Positions 14,083 through 33,679 are shown, counted from the stretch's first letter. The stretch: DNA of 64,000 nt from Monocercomonoides exilis PA203 (GCA_001643675.2 LSRY02000015.1:1240001-1304000); one strand, 5' to 3'. The notes: generated from the letters alone by a model not told the origin. Numbers and translations: made by a program.

Positions 14083-14927
14083 ATGTCCACAGAAAAAGTT
14101 CCTTCAGAAGCAGACAGAGCAGAAGCAGATCGCGTATGGGAGCATTTACATCAAATATACAAAAATCAAAATTCAGCTGAATGGACATCAGTTAAAAAAA
14201 GTAAAGAATTCAATTTATATTCTCGAGTATCAAAAAGTGATAAAATTCCGAGCGAATTTCGATTAGATGGAATATTAAACTATCCTATCGCATATGTATT
14301 GACAGTGCTCGATCAATGGAGAGAAAGGGCGCATTGGGATAAAACTACAGCTGAATATACAGAGGTTTTTTCTTATTCATTTTTCTGAAAATGTTAGTTG
14401 TGTTTGAAGTTTTGGAGCGATGGGCATGGACTTTCCATGTCTTATAATCAAGTTAAGCCGCAAGGTGCTGGACTTATATCGCCTCGAGACTTTATTACTC
14501 TTCAGCTCCACAAGTTTGAGAAATTTTCAATCCTATCTTTTTAAATTCATATAATGGCAAATATATTAGGACTACAGACGATGGTTGCCACATATATGCT
14601 GGATCTAGTTGTGAGTGCCATTCTATTCCAGAAAAGAAAGGTATAATTCGCGGATGGTGTTATCCAAGTGGATGGATTGTTTTCACTGAACGAGACACCG
14701 AAAAAGATATTGAGATTACAAAGATGATTTATACTGTATGTACTGATTTAAAAGGAAGTCTTCCGCAATGGGTGATAAATAAAGCATATTCCAGTACTCT
14801 GGGAGCTTGGTTTGATCAATTTAAGGGTGAAGTGGAAAGAATCAAATCACAAGATACTTCTTCCTCCTCAACTCCAGAAGAAGATGCTTCTGATGCTTCT
14901 TTATCTTCGTCCACTTCACCTTCTTAG
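14083..14927 (+). CDS. START-domain lipid/sterol transfer protein (3 exons)
   Basis: Introns ~14365-14409 and ~14514-14569. Motifs RAHWDKT, GLISPRDF, PEKKGIIRG...SGW and TDLKGSLPQWVIN are START hallmarks. Confidence 0.9.
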
Positions 14928-16388
14928 TCTCGGGTGTATGAATGAGTCGGAAAAGCAGCTCAAAGAGGACCGAAATATTACCAATAACGATGATAATAAT
15001 CTTAAATGAATCGAGGAAATGAGCAAGACTTTGATTGCTCTTTTTTTAAAAAAAAATTGATATTATCATTTCTTTTATAAGAATTTTTCGTGCGTCGTTG
15101 GAGTTTTCGTTATTTATATTGAATGATTGATTTGGTCTTGTGAACGTTGTTTTTTTTAGAATATCATTTGTTCAACTTTAAAGAGAAAAGGTAAATAATC
15201 TGTCTTATTATGGATGGATGAAAAAATTCTATCTGAGCATGGTATAATAATTTTGTTCCTTTGAGAAAAAAGATGTATTCCATTTATTTTCAATATTATT
15301 TAAATTATTTACATGAAGAGAAAGGGAAAAATCATGAAAAAAACAAAAAGAACCCGAAAACATTCTTTCATACGTTTAAATGGGGCAAAATTTTAGCATT
15401 TATGAGGAAATCCTTGCTTTGTTCCAAACTTATTATAAAATAATCTCATAATAATTCTTAAATTGTAATGCCCAAAAAACATTGAAAAATTAAAGAGTTG
15501 AGAAAATAATTAGAAAACATTGTTCAGAACAAAATTCGAAAAGAAAAAAATATCATCCCAAATAAAAATAGATAAGAATTGCCACAACACAAAGAAATGT
15601 TCAAAAATTCGTTTAAATGCAAAGGGTTGGAGATAATCATCCTCCTTAAGAGAACATATAAGATGCAAAAAGAATGAATGAAAATTTGAAATTAAACACA
15701 CAATAAAAGCTTTATAAAACATATAAATAAGAATTTTAAAAAAGTGAGAAAGAAATTAAGAAATGACATTAAGAAAATGTCAAACAAAAGTGTATATCAA
15801 AACTTAAAGAGTAAATAACGTTTAAACAATCCGGAAAATAACATAAAACGCGAATGTGCACAAACACCAAAACATAACGAGATTCATCAATTTCAAATAA
15901 TCATGTAAGATCTGCAAATAAACAATAAAAATCAAAAAACCCGTAAAAATGATCCATTTGAAATCAAGAAAGATTTTTTAAATGCAAAGCGATAATTGTA
16001 AAAAATTATAACTTCACATTGATTTATTCGATCAACTCAAGATGCATTAAAAGAAATATTTAACAGAGAATTAATAACTCTTATAAATTTGACGCAAAAT
16101 TCACAAATTTTTAAAACAAATACCATAAACTTAACATATATTTTGTAATTAACTTTAAAATTGAAACAATTAAAATTTGTAAAAAAACATGAACAGGAAA
16201 ATCAAAAATTACTTAAAATAACGTAAAAATTATAATGAAAATAAAAATTTCAACACAAAAAATAAAGAATGTTCGTTTTTATAAATACAACAGACAACTG
16301 TGCGAGATTCGAAAAAAAAAGCACCACCGCAAATATTACAATAGAATAATACAACGAATAATAATATTTGATGATGAAAACAATTTCA

Positions 16389-17045
16389 TCAGAATGAAAT
16401 ATCAACGAATCCACATAAACTCAAATGCACCGGTCTTGTTGTTGAAGCTTTCACTCCTTCAAAAGGATTGCATAGCCTTGAAAAGATGCACTCATAAATT
16501 TTCTCATCTATAAAGCAATCGTAATTTATTGCACGCAAGAACTCGCTTTCCGAAGCATTTATCACATTCAATTGAATATTAAAGTACTTGCTCCAAAAAT
16601 TGTTCCAACAAGCATTGTCCCAATCTCTGATGTACTTAATAGCAATGATTACAGAGCACAAAATTACTGTTCCAACGTTATCTCGTGAAAATACTCCACT
16701 TCTAAATGCCAATCTTTCACGAAAATCCCAGTGTACAAATTTCTTCAACAGAACAAACGAACAAATCAGTTCACAAACAGTAAATTTGCTGATGTTTCGA
16801 ATAAATTTATACAGTTCAATGATTTCTTTTTGAGAATTTTTACCCGTTTCTGATAAAAACACTTTCCCACATTTCAATTTGTTCTCAGATTTTTGTGTAT
16901 ATTCAGAAATGCTTAATGATAAAAGTTCCATTACATATTCTGACATATGCTCGATCAGTTCGCTATCAACAATTTGTTTCGAGCGAAAATTTACAAATTT
17001 AGCTCTACAATCCTTGGAAGAATCCATATTTCCTATTTCTGACAT
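16389..17045 (-). CDS. PHO80/U-type cyclin-like protein
   Basis: 218-aa single ORF containing ILCSVIIAIKYIRD...NNFWSK....LNVINASESEFLRAINY, a cyclin-box C-terminal pattern. Confidence 0.8.
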   Translation of the reverse strand: MSEIGNMDSSKDCRAKFVNFRSKQIVDSELIEHMSEYVMELLSLSISEYTQKSENKLKCGKVFLSETGKNSQKEIIELYKFIRNISKFTVCELICSFVLLKKFVHWDFRERLAFRSGVFSRDNVGTVILCSVIIAIKYIRDWDNACWNNFWSKYFNIQLNVINASESEFLRAINYDCFIDEKIYECIFSRLCNPFEGVKASTTRPVHLSLCGFVDISF

Positions 17046-17752
17046 GTTTTGTATCTTTATTCTGCAAAGTTAAAAAAAAAATAATATGCCATTTATGCAA
17101 AATATAAAAAGCAAACTTTGCGTTTGATTGTTTTAAACAAGGCGTTGAGCTTTCAACTCTCACTATTCTTCTTGGTAGCATCATATGTCAAGCACAAATT
17201 TTTCGAAAAATTATTCTACAGATGAGATTATAAATACCCATATTTTATTATTTTTCTTTTTTATCAATAGAAATAATACTAAATTGGGAATCCGGTTATT
17301 TCCGAATGTTTGAATGATTTCAAAAAATTAAAAAAATTCTGGAGCAAAATTGAAATTAGAATGATTACGTCGAAAAAAAGGAATTCATTAATGACAAAAA
17401 ATCCATCAATTGAATAATTTCAGTTCAATTGTTTGTATGTTTTCAAACTGAAATAAAAAAAAAGTCATTGCAGAAATGAAATTCTAGCATTGCTTGGTTG
17501 AAAGCAATAACATTTTCTAAATGATTTTGTTTTCAAATTATACATTATCGTGATTGCCAATTGGTCAGCTTGAATGACTTTTTTTTAACCACTTCTTTCA
17601 TAAAAGAAAAAATATATATATCAATCAATTTTTTTAAAAGAAATAATATTTTCCATATGAGCAAATTTCATTTTCGTGAAATCCAAAAAAAAAAAAAAAA
17701 TAGACAACAAAGATAAAACTATTGAAAAAAGTTAACCTTTATTAATTTATTA

Positions 17753-24124
<6,372 letters not shown>

Positions 24125-25149
24125 AAGAAAAACAAGAAGAAGCAGAACGAAGAAGGAGAGAAAGAAGAAGGGAAAGAGAAAGAGAAAGATGACAAAGAAC
24201 ATTTGGATGAAGAAGTGAAAGAGAAAGAAGAAAAGAAAGCAGAAGAAGAATTGCAAGAGAGTTCCTCTTAAACATGTTTTAACGATATAACAGCAGGAAT
24301 TCATTCTAATGATATAGAAAAGTAGTCACCATAATAATAATAAATTATTTAAATGATTTTCTCCATTTCTATATTGTTCCTATTTCTCTCTCTCATTCTC
24401 TCCCATAATATTTATTTATATTTAAATAATATAAAAAAATTTTTTTTATTTTGATCTTTTTGCGTGCATTGCATTGTGTATATTTGATTAGAAAGGCAAA
24501 CGAAAGAGTGGACTTGGGCATACCATAACACATGTTTTATATATTTTATATAATATAATCGTTTCCCGCTTTGGTTTTTTAATTTTTTAGAATATATTTA
24601 TTTACATCATTTTTAATTTTTGTTAAATTGATGGAGCTGCTTTTATTTTTAGAAAAATGTTGTAATATTTTGCAATTGAAAGAATATTTAATGTGAAAAT
24701 TTTCTTTTTTTTTTTCAATTTAACATTCAAAAAAATAAATAAACAACAAGTTTTATGCTTTCAAAAGCAATATCAAACATTTACAAATAAAAAGATTTAT
24801 TATTCAAGTTGAGTTTTTTCCAGAAAAACTTGTTTGATCATAAATAAATATAATTATTTATATTTTGTTTAAAACATATAACAAAAATCGAAATATTCTT
24901 TCAACGAATATGATTTTTGATAAAAGAATATAAAGTTCATAATTTCTATTTTTTCTATTAACAGTTTAGACAAAATTGCACTTTAATAATGAAGAAAAAT
25001 AAAAAAATGAAAATTATTGTTGAAACCAGTGTTGATGGATTCTATTTAAAAATCAGAAATTTAAAAACACAGAAACAAACAGAATTACCTATTTTTAAGC
25101 ATTTTGAAGATATAACTTTTTTGAATGGAATGCCCATACTTCAAAATTG

Positions 25150-27382
25150 ATGTTATCACCAACACGAAAACTCCTTAAATCTCCTTCACTTTCATCGCAA
25201 AGAAGCGAAAGTGGTTCTCAATCTAATGTTGACGGATTTTCAATACTTCCTATTTCGGCTATATCCACTTACACTCCACGTAACTGGGCAATAAAAGGAC
25301 GTTGTTCATTTATTCAGCCAATTCGAAATTACAAAGGAAAAGATGGGAACCCTGGTAAGTGCGGGTCTGTTGATGTTATGGATGAGTCAGGGTCAATTCG
25401 GCTTACAATGTTTAATCAAGTTTGAAAAATAATTCAATTATTTTTATTCAAATTTTTAATTTCTCTTTTAACATCTTTGCAGCAAGTTGATACACATTAC
25501 GCAAAATTCATTGTTGGAAATGCATATATAATAAGCAAAGGAAACATAAAACAAGGAAATAAGATGTTTTGCAAATCGGATTATGAGATTACAGCAACCC
25601 AAGACACAATCGTTCAGGAAACAGCAATTGATGATTCTATGCCAGATAGATCCCAAAGCTTTATTCAAAGGTTTGCATTTGGATTTTATGTGACCCATTG
25701 GAAATTTGCTGTTTTTTCAAAAGCCTTTCACATTTATCAAATCATCGTCTCACAGGAAATCCTGTGGATATTATTGGGATTGCTTTGAAGATTGAAGAAC
25801 CATCAACAGTCAATGTCAAAAAAGATACACAAAGGTCTTTAACAAAGCGAATTATTACGCTTTGCGATGATTCTATGTGCGAGGTAAATATTAATAATTT
25901 TTATTTGTTATAATTTGTTAATAACGTTTTTTATCGATTTTGTATTGGTTTTTGATGCTTAGATTGACGTTACGCTTTGGAATGAGAGAGCAGAAGAATT
26001 CTCCGGAAAAGAAGGCGATGTAATTTGTGTTGAGAATGGTAAAGTTGGAGATTACCAAGGATTTCGTGTGATATCAACTGGATCTCAATCACAAATTGAT
26101 GTGAATCCCACTGGATTATCAAGAGCAGAGGAACTGAAAAAATGGTTTTATTAATTTCTAATGTTTATATGAAAATGTGATATTTTTTGGAAAAAATTGT
26201 TTTGTATCAATTGAAAATTTGAATGTCTTTCTTTCTTCATGTTTGCAATTTTGAAATGTTTAGGATGTCTACTTTAAATGTCGGAAGAGATGCTTTCTCG
26301 AAGATTGAAGGCACTGCCCCAAAAGGAGAAAAAGGTGAATCTCGCCCAGTTATTAATGTTTCTGCTGAACAGCTTTTGGTTTGCTTACACTTTTCTTAAA
26401 TCTTATGGTGAATGAAATATATTTTTCATATTTTTCCTTCTTGCCTCGTAATGTTGTTTTAATGGATATTGGCCACATTTTAGGCTTCTGATCTGGGACA
26501 TGACGAAAAACAATCAGATTTTATCTCTTTCACTGGATGCATTACAAAATATAAGAGATCATCTCTTTGGTTTGTCTTTAATGTTTCAAATATTTGATGA
26601 AGCTCATTTTATATAAATTTATTTATTTATCTTTGAATCATGAATTTAATTTTAATAATTTGATTATAGGTATCTGGCTTGCCCTAAAACAAACTGCTAT
26701 AAAAAACTTGCTTCGCCAGATGAAGAGCAATGCAGCTGTGGGCACAATTTCCTGCGCGACGGACCGCCAAAGAATAGATTCATTCTTTCTTTGATGATTT
26801 CTGACTCAACAGGCGCGTTTTGGGTAAGGTATGAATCTCATTGTTTTTGATTGAAAGTTATTTTTTTATTTCAAATAATTATTTTAATGTGTTTATTATT
26901 TGAATTTGTTTCTGTTTAACTTGTATTAAAACATATTATTTTAATGATATTTTTTTGTGAATTAACCTAATGAATGATATTAAATATGGTGATGTCAGTT
27001 GTTTCAATGATGTGGCTGAGCAACTGCTTCAGCACAATGCTGATGAAGTTGCTGCTTTGGTTGATGAAAATCCGAATGCTATTGATGATCTCTTCGCTCC
27101 TGTTCTTTTGAAGCAATTTTACTTTAGGATTAGAGCAAGAAAACAGACTTCTACAATAAATGGTTTTGATTTTTAATATATATTTTTTCATCGCAATTTT
27201 TTTTTGTTTGTTTGTTTGTTTGTTTTTTTATTTATTTATTTGTTGAAATTTTCTATTTTTTGTAATGTTCATTAGATGAAATGCGTATTCAATATACAGT
27301 TAGTCATATGAGTCCATCCAACCACGTTACACGATCAAAAGAGTTGCTTTCTATCGTTAAAAGATATGGCTACGAAGTGTAA
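25150..27382 (+). CDS. RPA1: Replication protein A large subunit, short form (9 exons)
   Basis: Spliced product shows three OB folds: NWAIKGRC..DVMDESGSIRLTMFN; VDIIGI..KRIITLCDDS..IDVTLWNERAEEF; WYLACPKTNCYKK..FILSLMISDSTGAFWVSCFNDVAEQLL..FYFRIRAR. Eight GT-AG introns keep the frame; TAA at 27380-27382. Confidence 0.92.
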
Positions 27383-27639
27383 GTACTTTTATTCTGCGAC
27401 ACATCTTATGCAGTTTACCAAAATCGGACTGTAATTAACAATCGATAATAAAAGTTTTTTTTTTTTTTTATTTATGTTTTCATTCTTCTATCTCTCTATT
27501 TTTATCTTCCATACCCAGTTCATTCCATCTCATCTCATTTTTTGAATTCTATTTTATTCTTTCTTTTTAAAAAATATTGAAAATTACAGTTTAAATAAAA
27601 TTTAACTTAAAAATTAACTTCACAAAAAAATTGCCGATT

Positions 27640-28555
27640 CTATTTTGATGATGGAGGAAGAAAAGGTTCGTGGCAAGCTGCATATAGCCTATCAACCTTT
27701 GTCTTCCCCATCATCGGTAACAATGAATAAAAATCTTTTGAAGAATCGAAGATATTACTTAATGTCTAAAGCAAAGCTGTGAAAAGAAAAAAAATCAAAA
27801 CCAAACAAACCCCAAAAGCATGAAGCAGTCGATGGGCATCGTGTTTCGTAATTGAAGGTATTGTTGTTAAACAATCAGTTGCCTTTGCGAAAGCGCCTTC
27901 GCTTCCTTTCCCCATTATGACATCGATCCCTCTTTGCTGAAGAGCCACTAATTTTTCAACATGATTTGCCATTTGCTCATTGCTATTGAAATATATATAC
28001 ATCAGAACAAAAAGAAATAAAAGAAAAGAGAAAAGGAGAAGGCGAAATAATCCAGAATTCACAGTAATACGAGTGTAAAAAAATGAACCTCCATGCTAGC
28101 AGAAGCGAAATATTTTCTTTTACCCCAAGAATATTTAACTTTTTCAGTGCATTATTTGCGTTCACATCATTGGTATCAATCAAACATAACAGATAACGAG
28201 AACGGTATGGAAATGATGCGTGACTAGACTTACTTGAAGAATGAAGAAGTTCGTCAACACGTTGTTGGAGATACCGAGGGTTTCGTAAATGAAAACGAAG
28301 ACTTATAAACAGCGCACAAACATGTTCTCCGATAATAAAATCAGGGATAACCGGCTTATACTCAATTTTACATTGTTTTATATAAGATAAAAATGGATTT
28401 CCTTTCTGCCTTAAGCTTGCAAAAAGCGTATTTTTTGGTGGATGAAATGGAAGAGTTAGAGAGAATAATTCTGGAACAATTGTGGCCTATTTATTTTTTT
28501 GGAAAAAAATACATTTATGCAATAACTTAAAATAATTTTTATAAGCCTCTTCCAT
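27640..28555 (-). CDS. ERCC1: DNA excision repair protein ERCC1/Rad10
   Basis: RQKGNPFLSYIK..IPDFIIGEHVCALFISLRFHLRNPRYL..LLLAWSNEQMA plus a C-terminal tandem helix-hairpin-helix (LTTIPSITKHDA..LPMMGKTKVDRLY). The first exon is uncertain (see finding). Confidence 0.92.
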
Positions 28556-28633
28556 CCTTCCAAAATACTTCAAATAAATTATATATAAAATATAAAAAAA
28601 AAATTATATAACTATAATAGAAAAGGTAAAGTC

Positions 28634-29986
28634 CTATCTTTTTTTGAACTCGCCTGAAAATAGCTCATCATCTGTTGTATCTCCTTCGTGACTTCTATTC
28701 TTATTTTCTTCTGTAATATCATCATCATTAACAGATTCATCGCTTGACTCTTCTTCCTGTTCCTCTTTACTAACTTCTGTTTCATCATTATTCGCTTCAA
28801 CTTTGTTTTTATTTTCTTCTTTTTTTGATTGTGTTTTGCTTGATTTTGTTTTTCTTTTTCCTTTTCGAGTTACAACTTCAGATTCTTTTTCATTTTCTTT
28901 TGTTGAACTTTTCTCAATTTTTTCTTTTTCTTTTTGCACTCGTTCTTTGTCTTTGGATTGCGCAACTTTAAGCTTACGCAAAATCGCAGTGTTCACTGTA
29001 ACTCCCCAACTCTGAAATTCTTTTTGCATTTGAGCAATCTGGAATAAGCAAACATCTTTTAATCTTTGTAACTTTTCGAAAGGAACTTTTTGTACAACTT
29101 CCAATGAAGGAAGTGTAAAGTTTTTGAGCATATCTGCAGAAGGCAATGAAGATAATGAAGAAGAAGAAGAAGAAGAAGAGGCTGATGAATTTGCTTTTGA
29201 TGATTGAGGAACTGATGACATTGAAGCGCTTGGAGTGTGAGATCTTGATTTTCTCGTCCGTGGTAATGAAGACAAAGTCGATGTTTGAAGTTTTGGTGTT
29301 GATGGACCTTGTGTGTTTGAATGTCTTAACGGTGAAAGTTGAAGCGATCTTTTTCGTCTCGAAGCAGATAATCTAATTGTTTTTGTTTCTTTTTCTTTCT
29401 CGTAGGATTTTATTCTAGAATTTGAAGCTAACGAAAATTGAGGAGGAGCTATCCCAAGAGAAATTGCTGGTAATAATCGAAATGGATGCACAGACTCAGG
29501 ATCTCTGAAAATAACTGTTTAGAAAACAAAAAAGAGATGGAACAAACTTTTCCACAAAATCAATTGCAGTTGCAGAAGAATAAACAACATCAAGAATAGG
29601 CCTTTTAAAATTATCTGAAAAGCTATTTGAGATTTACCAATTATTTCTCAGAGAAGAAATTTCACACTTTTCCACCTTCTTACTCAAATTTATCAGTTCT
29701 TCATTTCCTGCTGCCCATTCCACTTCTCTAGCTGCAACAGATGTTGGGATATTAAATGCATCTTTTATCATTTCTAATGTAACGGTTTGGTTAAATGTTT
29801 GAGTTGATGTTTGAGCACGGAATGCTTCACAAAGATATGAAAAAGCTGACAGCTCTGATTGATGCAGCTGTAAAGACGCTTCTTCATTAGTAATCTTTGT
29901 TTTTGAATCTATAATAATAAGTTATTTTTTTTTTAATTAAACGTTGCATTTTTGAAATGAAGCAAAAAAATACCACGCGTGATCAT
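28634..29986 (-). CDS. ENT (EMSY N-terminal) domain-like protein with Ser-rich linker and charged tail (4 exons)
   Basis: Three short GT-AG introns (first 29909-29973) give one frame into ORF 28634-29491. The N-terminal LHQSELSAFSYLCEAFRAQ...LEMIKDAFNI....AREVEWAAGNEELINL resembles the ENT pattern. Confidence 0.65.
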
Positions 29987-30462
29987 AAATTTGAAAGAAT
30001 GGGTGTTATATTTTTTGATAAAAAATTATTTAAAAACAACAAAATTTCTTTTATATCTTTATGTGTAATTTTTTGAGTATTTTACCATGAATGATAACGT
30101 ATGAATGATTATTATTATATATGAAAGCTTTTTCTAGTAAATCATTTTCGATAATTTTCAAATTTATTATTAATTCATTTGTAAAAATTATAAACCACAT
30201 GAAAATAATGACTCTTAATGCTAATCGAGAGGTTCTTTTTTTTTTCTTTTTCTTTTCTTTTTCTTTTTCTTTTTTTTTTTGTTGTTGTTGCTGCTGTTGT
30301 TGTTATTGAGGGAAAATTGTAAAAAAAATATTCTCGTGCAGCTTCATAGACTATTTTTTGAATGGAATGGAATGAGTATTATTCAGTGTTCATTTTTTAT
30401 CAATCATTTCCATCTGCTCACAAAGAAAAATAATATTGAGCAATTTTTCATTTCGGAAAATA

Positions 30463-30875
30463 CACCAAAAATCATTCAAAATGAGAAATTTTATCAATCA
30501 AATTAATGAATCAGCAAACAAAATATTAATATTTTTATTCTATGTTAATAATTTGAATTCGAAATGAAAATTTTTCATGTTTATTATAGGAATAAAAATA
30601 ATTAAAAATTCTTGAAATTTTCTTGAAAAAATAAAAAATTTCAAAAAATTTTCTATCGTACGAAAAAATAATAACAACACACAAAATAATTTCAGATTCA
30701 AAAGTGAAAAACTGATTTACACGAAATTTCTTGACAGAGTGAATAAAGTATTGTTTGTTTTTAACAATTATAAATTCGAATGCTAAAATTATTATTTCGT
30801 TAGAAAATATTATTAATTCGTTTGCATAATATTTATTAAGAACGCAAAAATTCTCATTTTGAATAATTTTTGGTG
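30463..30875. mobile_element. Second, shorter MITE of the CACCAAAAAT(T/C)ATTCAA family, TA-flanked
   Basis: Left end TA|CACCAAAAATCATTCAAAATGAGAA and right end TTCTCATTTTGAATAATTTTTGGTG|TA; same terminal sequence as the 11920-12664 element. Confidence 0.75.
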
Positions 30876-30925
30876 TATTTTTTGAAAAAAAGAAATAATT
30901 ATCATTATGATGATTCGATATATAT

Positions 30926-31180
30926 GGGTGATTATTTTTGAAATCATAACTTTTTTCGGGGTATAAATTTTTCTTAGATTGTTAATTTTTTGGAAGAGAA
31001 TTTGTGTTCAAAAGAAAAACTCATCACAACTGGTTCAATAATAATAGTTTCAGCACTTATAAAGAAACTGGTGTCTTTTATTGGTCTTTTCATTTTTCAG
31101 TGTTCTTTTTTTGATATTCGAAGGAAATTTTCGAACCGATCTTTTTGATTAAAGAAATATGTTTTCAAAAATAATCACCC
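30926..31180. mobile_element. 255-bp MITE with GGG...CCC termini
   Basis: Perfect 18-bp TIR GGGTGATTATTTTTGAAA; flanks are ATAT and ATTT. Confidence 0.75.
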
Positions 31181-31184
31181 ATTT

Positions 31185-31424
31185 GGGTAATTCTTTTTGA
31201 AAAGTCGCAAATGTTAAATTTTCAAATAAATCTAAAATTTCATATTTTGCTCAAATTTCTGTTTCAGCTCACAAATCTCCTCAAGAATGTTTGAAATAGC
31301 ATTTTCAAGAAATAGATTCCATGTTTGTGAAGTTTGTTGCATGTTAACAAAAATTTGAGCAAAATATGAAATTTAAGATTTATTTGAAAATTTAACATTT
31401 GCGACTTTTCAAAAAGAATTACCC
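31185..31424. mobile_element. 240-bp MITE with ~74-bp near-perfect TIRs and 4-bp ATTT target duplication
   Basis: ATTT|GGGTAATTCTTTTTGAAAAGTCGC...GCGACTTTTCAAAAAGAATTACCC|ATTT, with one mismatch across the arms. Confidence 0.9.
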
Positions 31425-31800
31425 ATTTGTTTCTTAAAAACTATGTTAGTGATAAGATTCGCAATACTGACCAACGAAAGAGAAGTTTTTTGAAATGCAG
31501 ACGAAGCAAATAATAAATATGAAAACATTAATTAAAGTGATAATTTCAGGAAACGTAATTCTTTTAACAAAAAATAAAGTTTAATATTTGTTATATTTTG
31601 TAATAATTTATTTCCTGATTTGATCAATGATGAATCCATTTTTCAACTTCTTTCAACTTTCTATTACAAATTTTCTAGATTCTTAGAAATAATAATTCAT
31701 TAAACATCTCCAAAATTCATTTTATTGGTAATTACAAAAGTTTTTGCATAACTGTTTCCACGAAAAAAAAACATGCAACTTCAAAAATAATCATACGAAT

Positions 31801-32056
31801 GGGTGAGAATGTTTGAAATAATGTTTTTTCTATTAAATAATTCGGATTGAAATTTCATTTTTCATATTTAAAAAAGAACGATGCTCAGAGATAATGATAT
31901 ATTTTGAAATTATTTTCATTAATTCATTACAAACGTTGGCTTTTCAAACAATTAAATTCCATTCAACATTTTCATGAAAATATCCTTGCCAGAACATGAA
32001 GATTTAAAAAATTCGTACGTCGAAATATCATTTTTTGATTTCAAGAATCATCACAC
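31801..32056. mobile_element. Older, inverted relative of the 30926-31180 MITE
   Basis: The first ~80 bp align by eye with the reverse complement of ~31100-31180. A degenerate right end TTCAAGAATCATCACAC gives a length of 256 bp. Confidence 0.5.
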
Positions 32057-32652
32057 TTAACGAAAAGAATTTACTGATCATTTTTGAAATCAATCTTTCA
32101 TTTGAGATCAGATTATAAATTTTTCTTCAACTGGATAGTGAAAATTAATTTGCTTTTGAAAGAACAATTGATAAGCAAGAATACATTTGTGCTTTGCGCT
32201 TTTTTAAATATTCTTTTGTAAAAAAAATATTTTGATTAAAACTCGAACGAACGAAGGATTTCAAAATAGATCAGCCAATTACGCACTTCATGATTATTCA
32301 AAAAATACTGGAAACTTACAAACATGATTTTTTTAATATAATTAGTATTCTTCTTTCTTTCTTTTTTAAAGTTGGAAATTTTCCTGTGACAAATAAATGA
32401 AACAAGCATGATAATTCTTTTTTTATTTTCAAAGGTTCAAAAATCGAAAATTTGCAATCTCTGAAAAAAATACAGAATCCAATCAATTTTAAATAAGGCA
32501 AGAACTTTAAAATTTCACATAAATTGATAAAAAATAAACAAGTGAAATTTTCATGATAACAAATGTTTGCTGTTAAAAAGATGGTAAAAAAATACACATC
32601 AATTTGTTAATCAAATTTTGGAATAATAAAAAATTATTAGTAAGCGATCAAG

Positions 32653-33392
32653 ATGCAAAAGCCTGGAGATTGGAACTGCCCAGTATTATTTATAGATTTA
32701 CGTGTTGATAAGATATAATGCACAACTTTTACACAATATCATTTTTCAGAATTGTCAATTCATGAATTATGCACGAAGAGCAACATGCTTTAAATGTGGA
32801 GCGACAAAAGATGGTTTAAAACCATCTTCCTCCACAGCCCATGAAGTTCCTCGTGCACCTGTAAAAACACGTCCAGGTGATTGGTTTGATTATATGCTCA
32901 TATTTAATACAGGAATTTTACTACAAACTTTTTCAATTTACTGTTTTTGATCCTAAATCTTCAGGATTTGCTCTTCATGTGGTGGAATCAATTTTGAACG
33001 TCGATCCTCTTGCTATAGTTGCGGGGCTCCAAAGATTGGAGGTTTTGCAAGAGCTCCAAGACGTCGCATTCAACAAAGAGAAGGAGATTGGATCTGTGAT
33101 TCTTGCAAAGCTCACAATTTTGCGTTTCGCGATTCATGCAGGCAATGCTTTGCAAAGAAATCTCCAACTGCTCGTGTTGTCACTGGAGAAGAAGCACGAG
33201 AGGGCTATGTTGCAAGAGAAGGAGATTGGGAATGTAATAAATGTAAAGCTGTATGTATTTATTTTTATAAATTTATTTAAATACATTTTTTATAATGAAA
33301 ATGAAATGTAATTTTATTTTTTGCATATATTTTACAAGAAAAATTTTGCATTCAGAACTGAATGTTTCAGTTGTAAAGCTCCAAAAGCCTAA
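32653..33392 (+). CDS. RanBP2-type zinc-finger protein, four fingers (4 exons), likely ssRNA-binding
   Basis: Four GDWxCxxCxxxN(F/Y)xxRxxCxxC units after removing three GT-AG introns; TAA at 33390-33392. Confidence 0.92.
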
Positions 33393-33679
33393 ATTAACGA
33401 TACAATTCACAAAATTTTAATAAAGAAATTAAAGAATGAATAAAAAAAGAAAGATATAGTTTTGACTCTTTGCTTCAAACAAACAATCCTCACGTGCTTT
33501 TTGATGACAAATAAATGATTAAGGATATCAGCTGATCAAAAGTGCGTTTGTGGGTTAAACTTCCTAAATATCTTCTTAAAACAAAAACAGGCATCAATTC
33601 AAAGCATAATATTACTTTGTGTGCAATTCCTTTAAGAATTATTCTTTCTTTTTCAATAATTCTTTTGCCTTGAAAGAAT

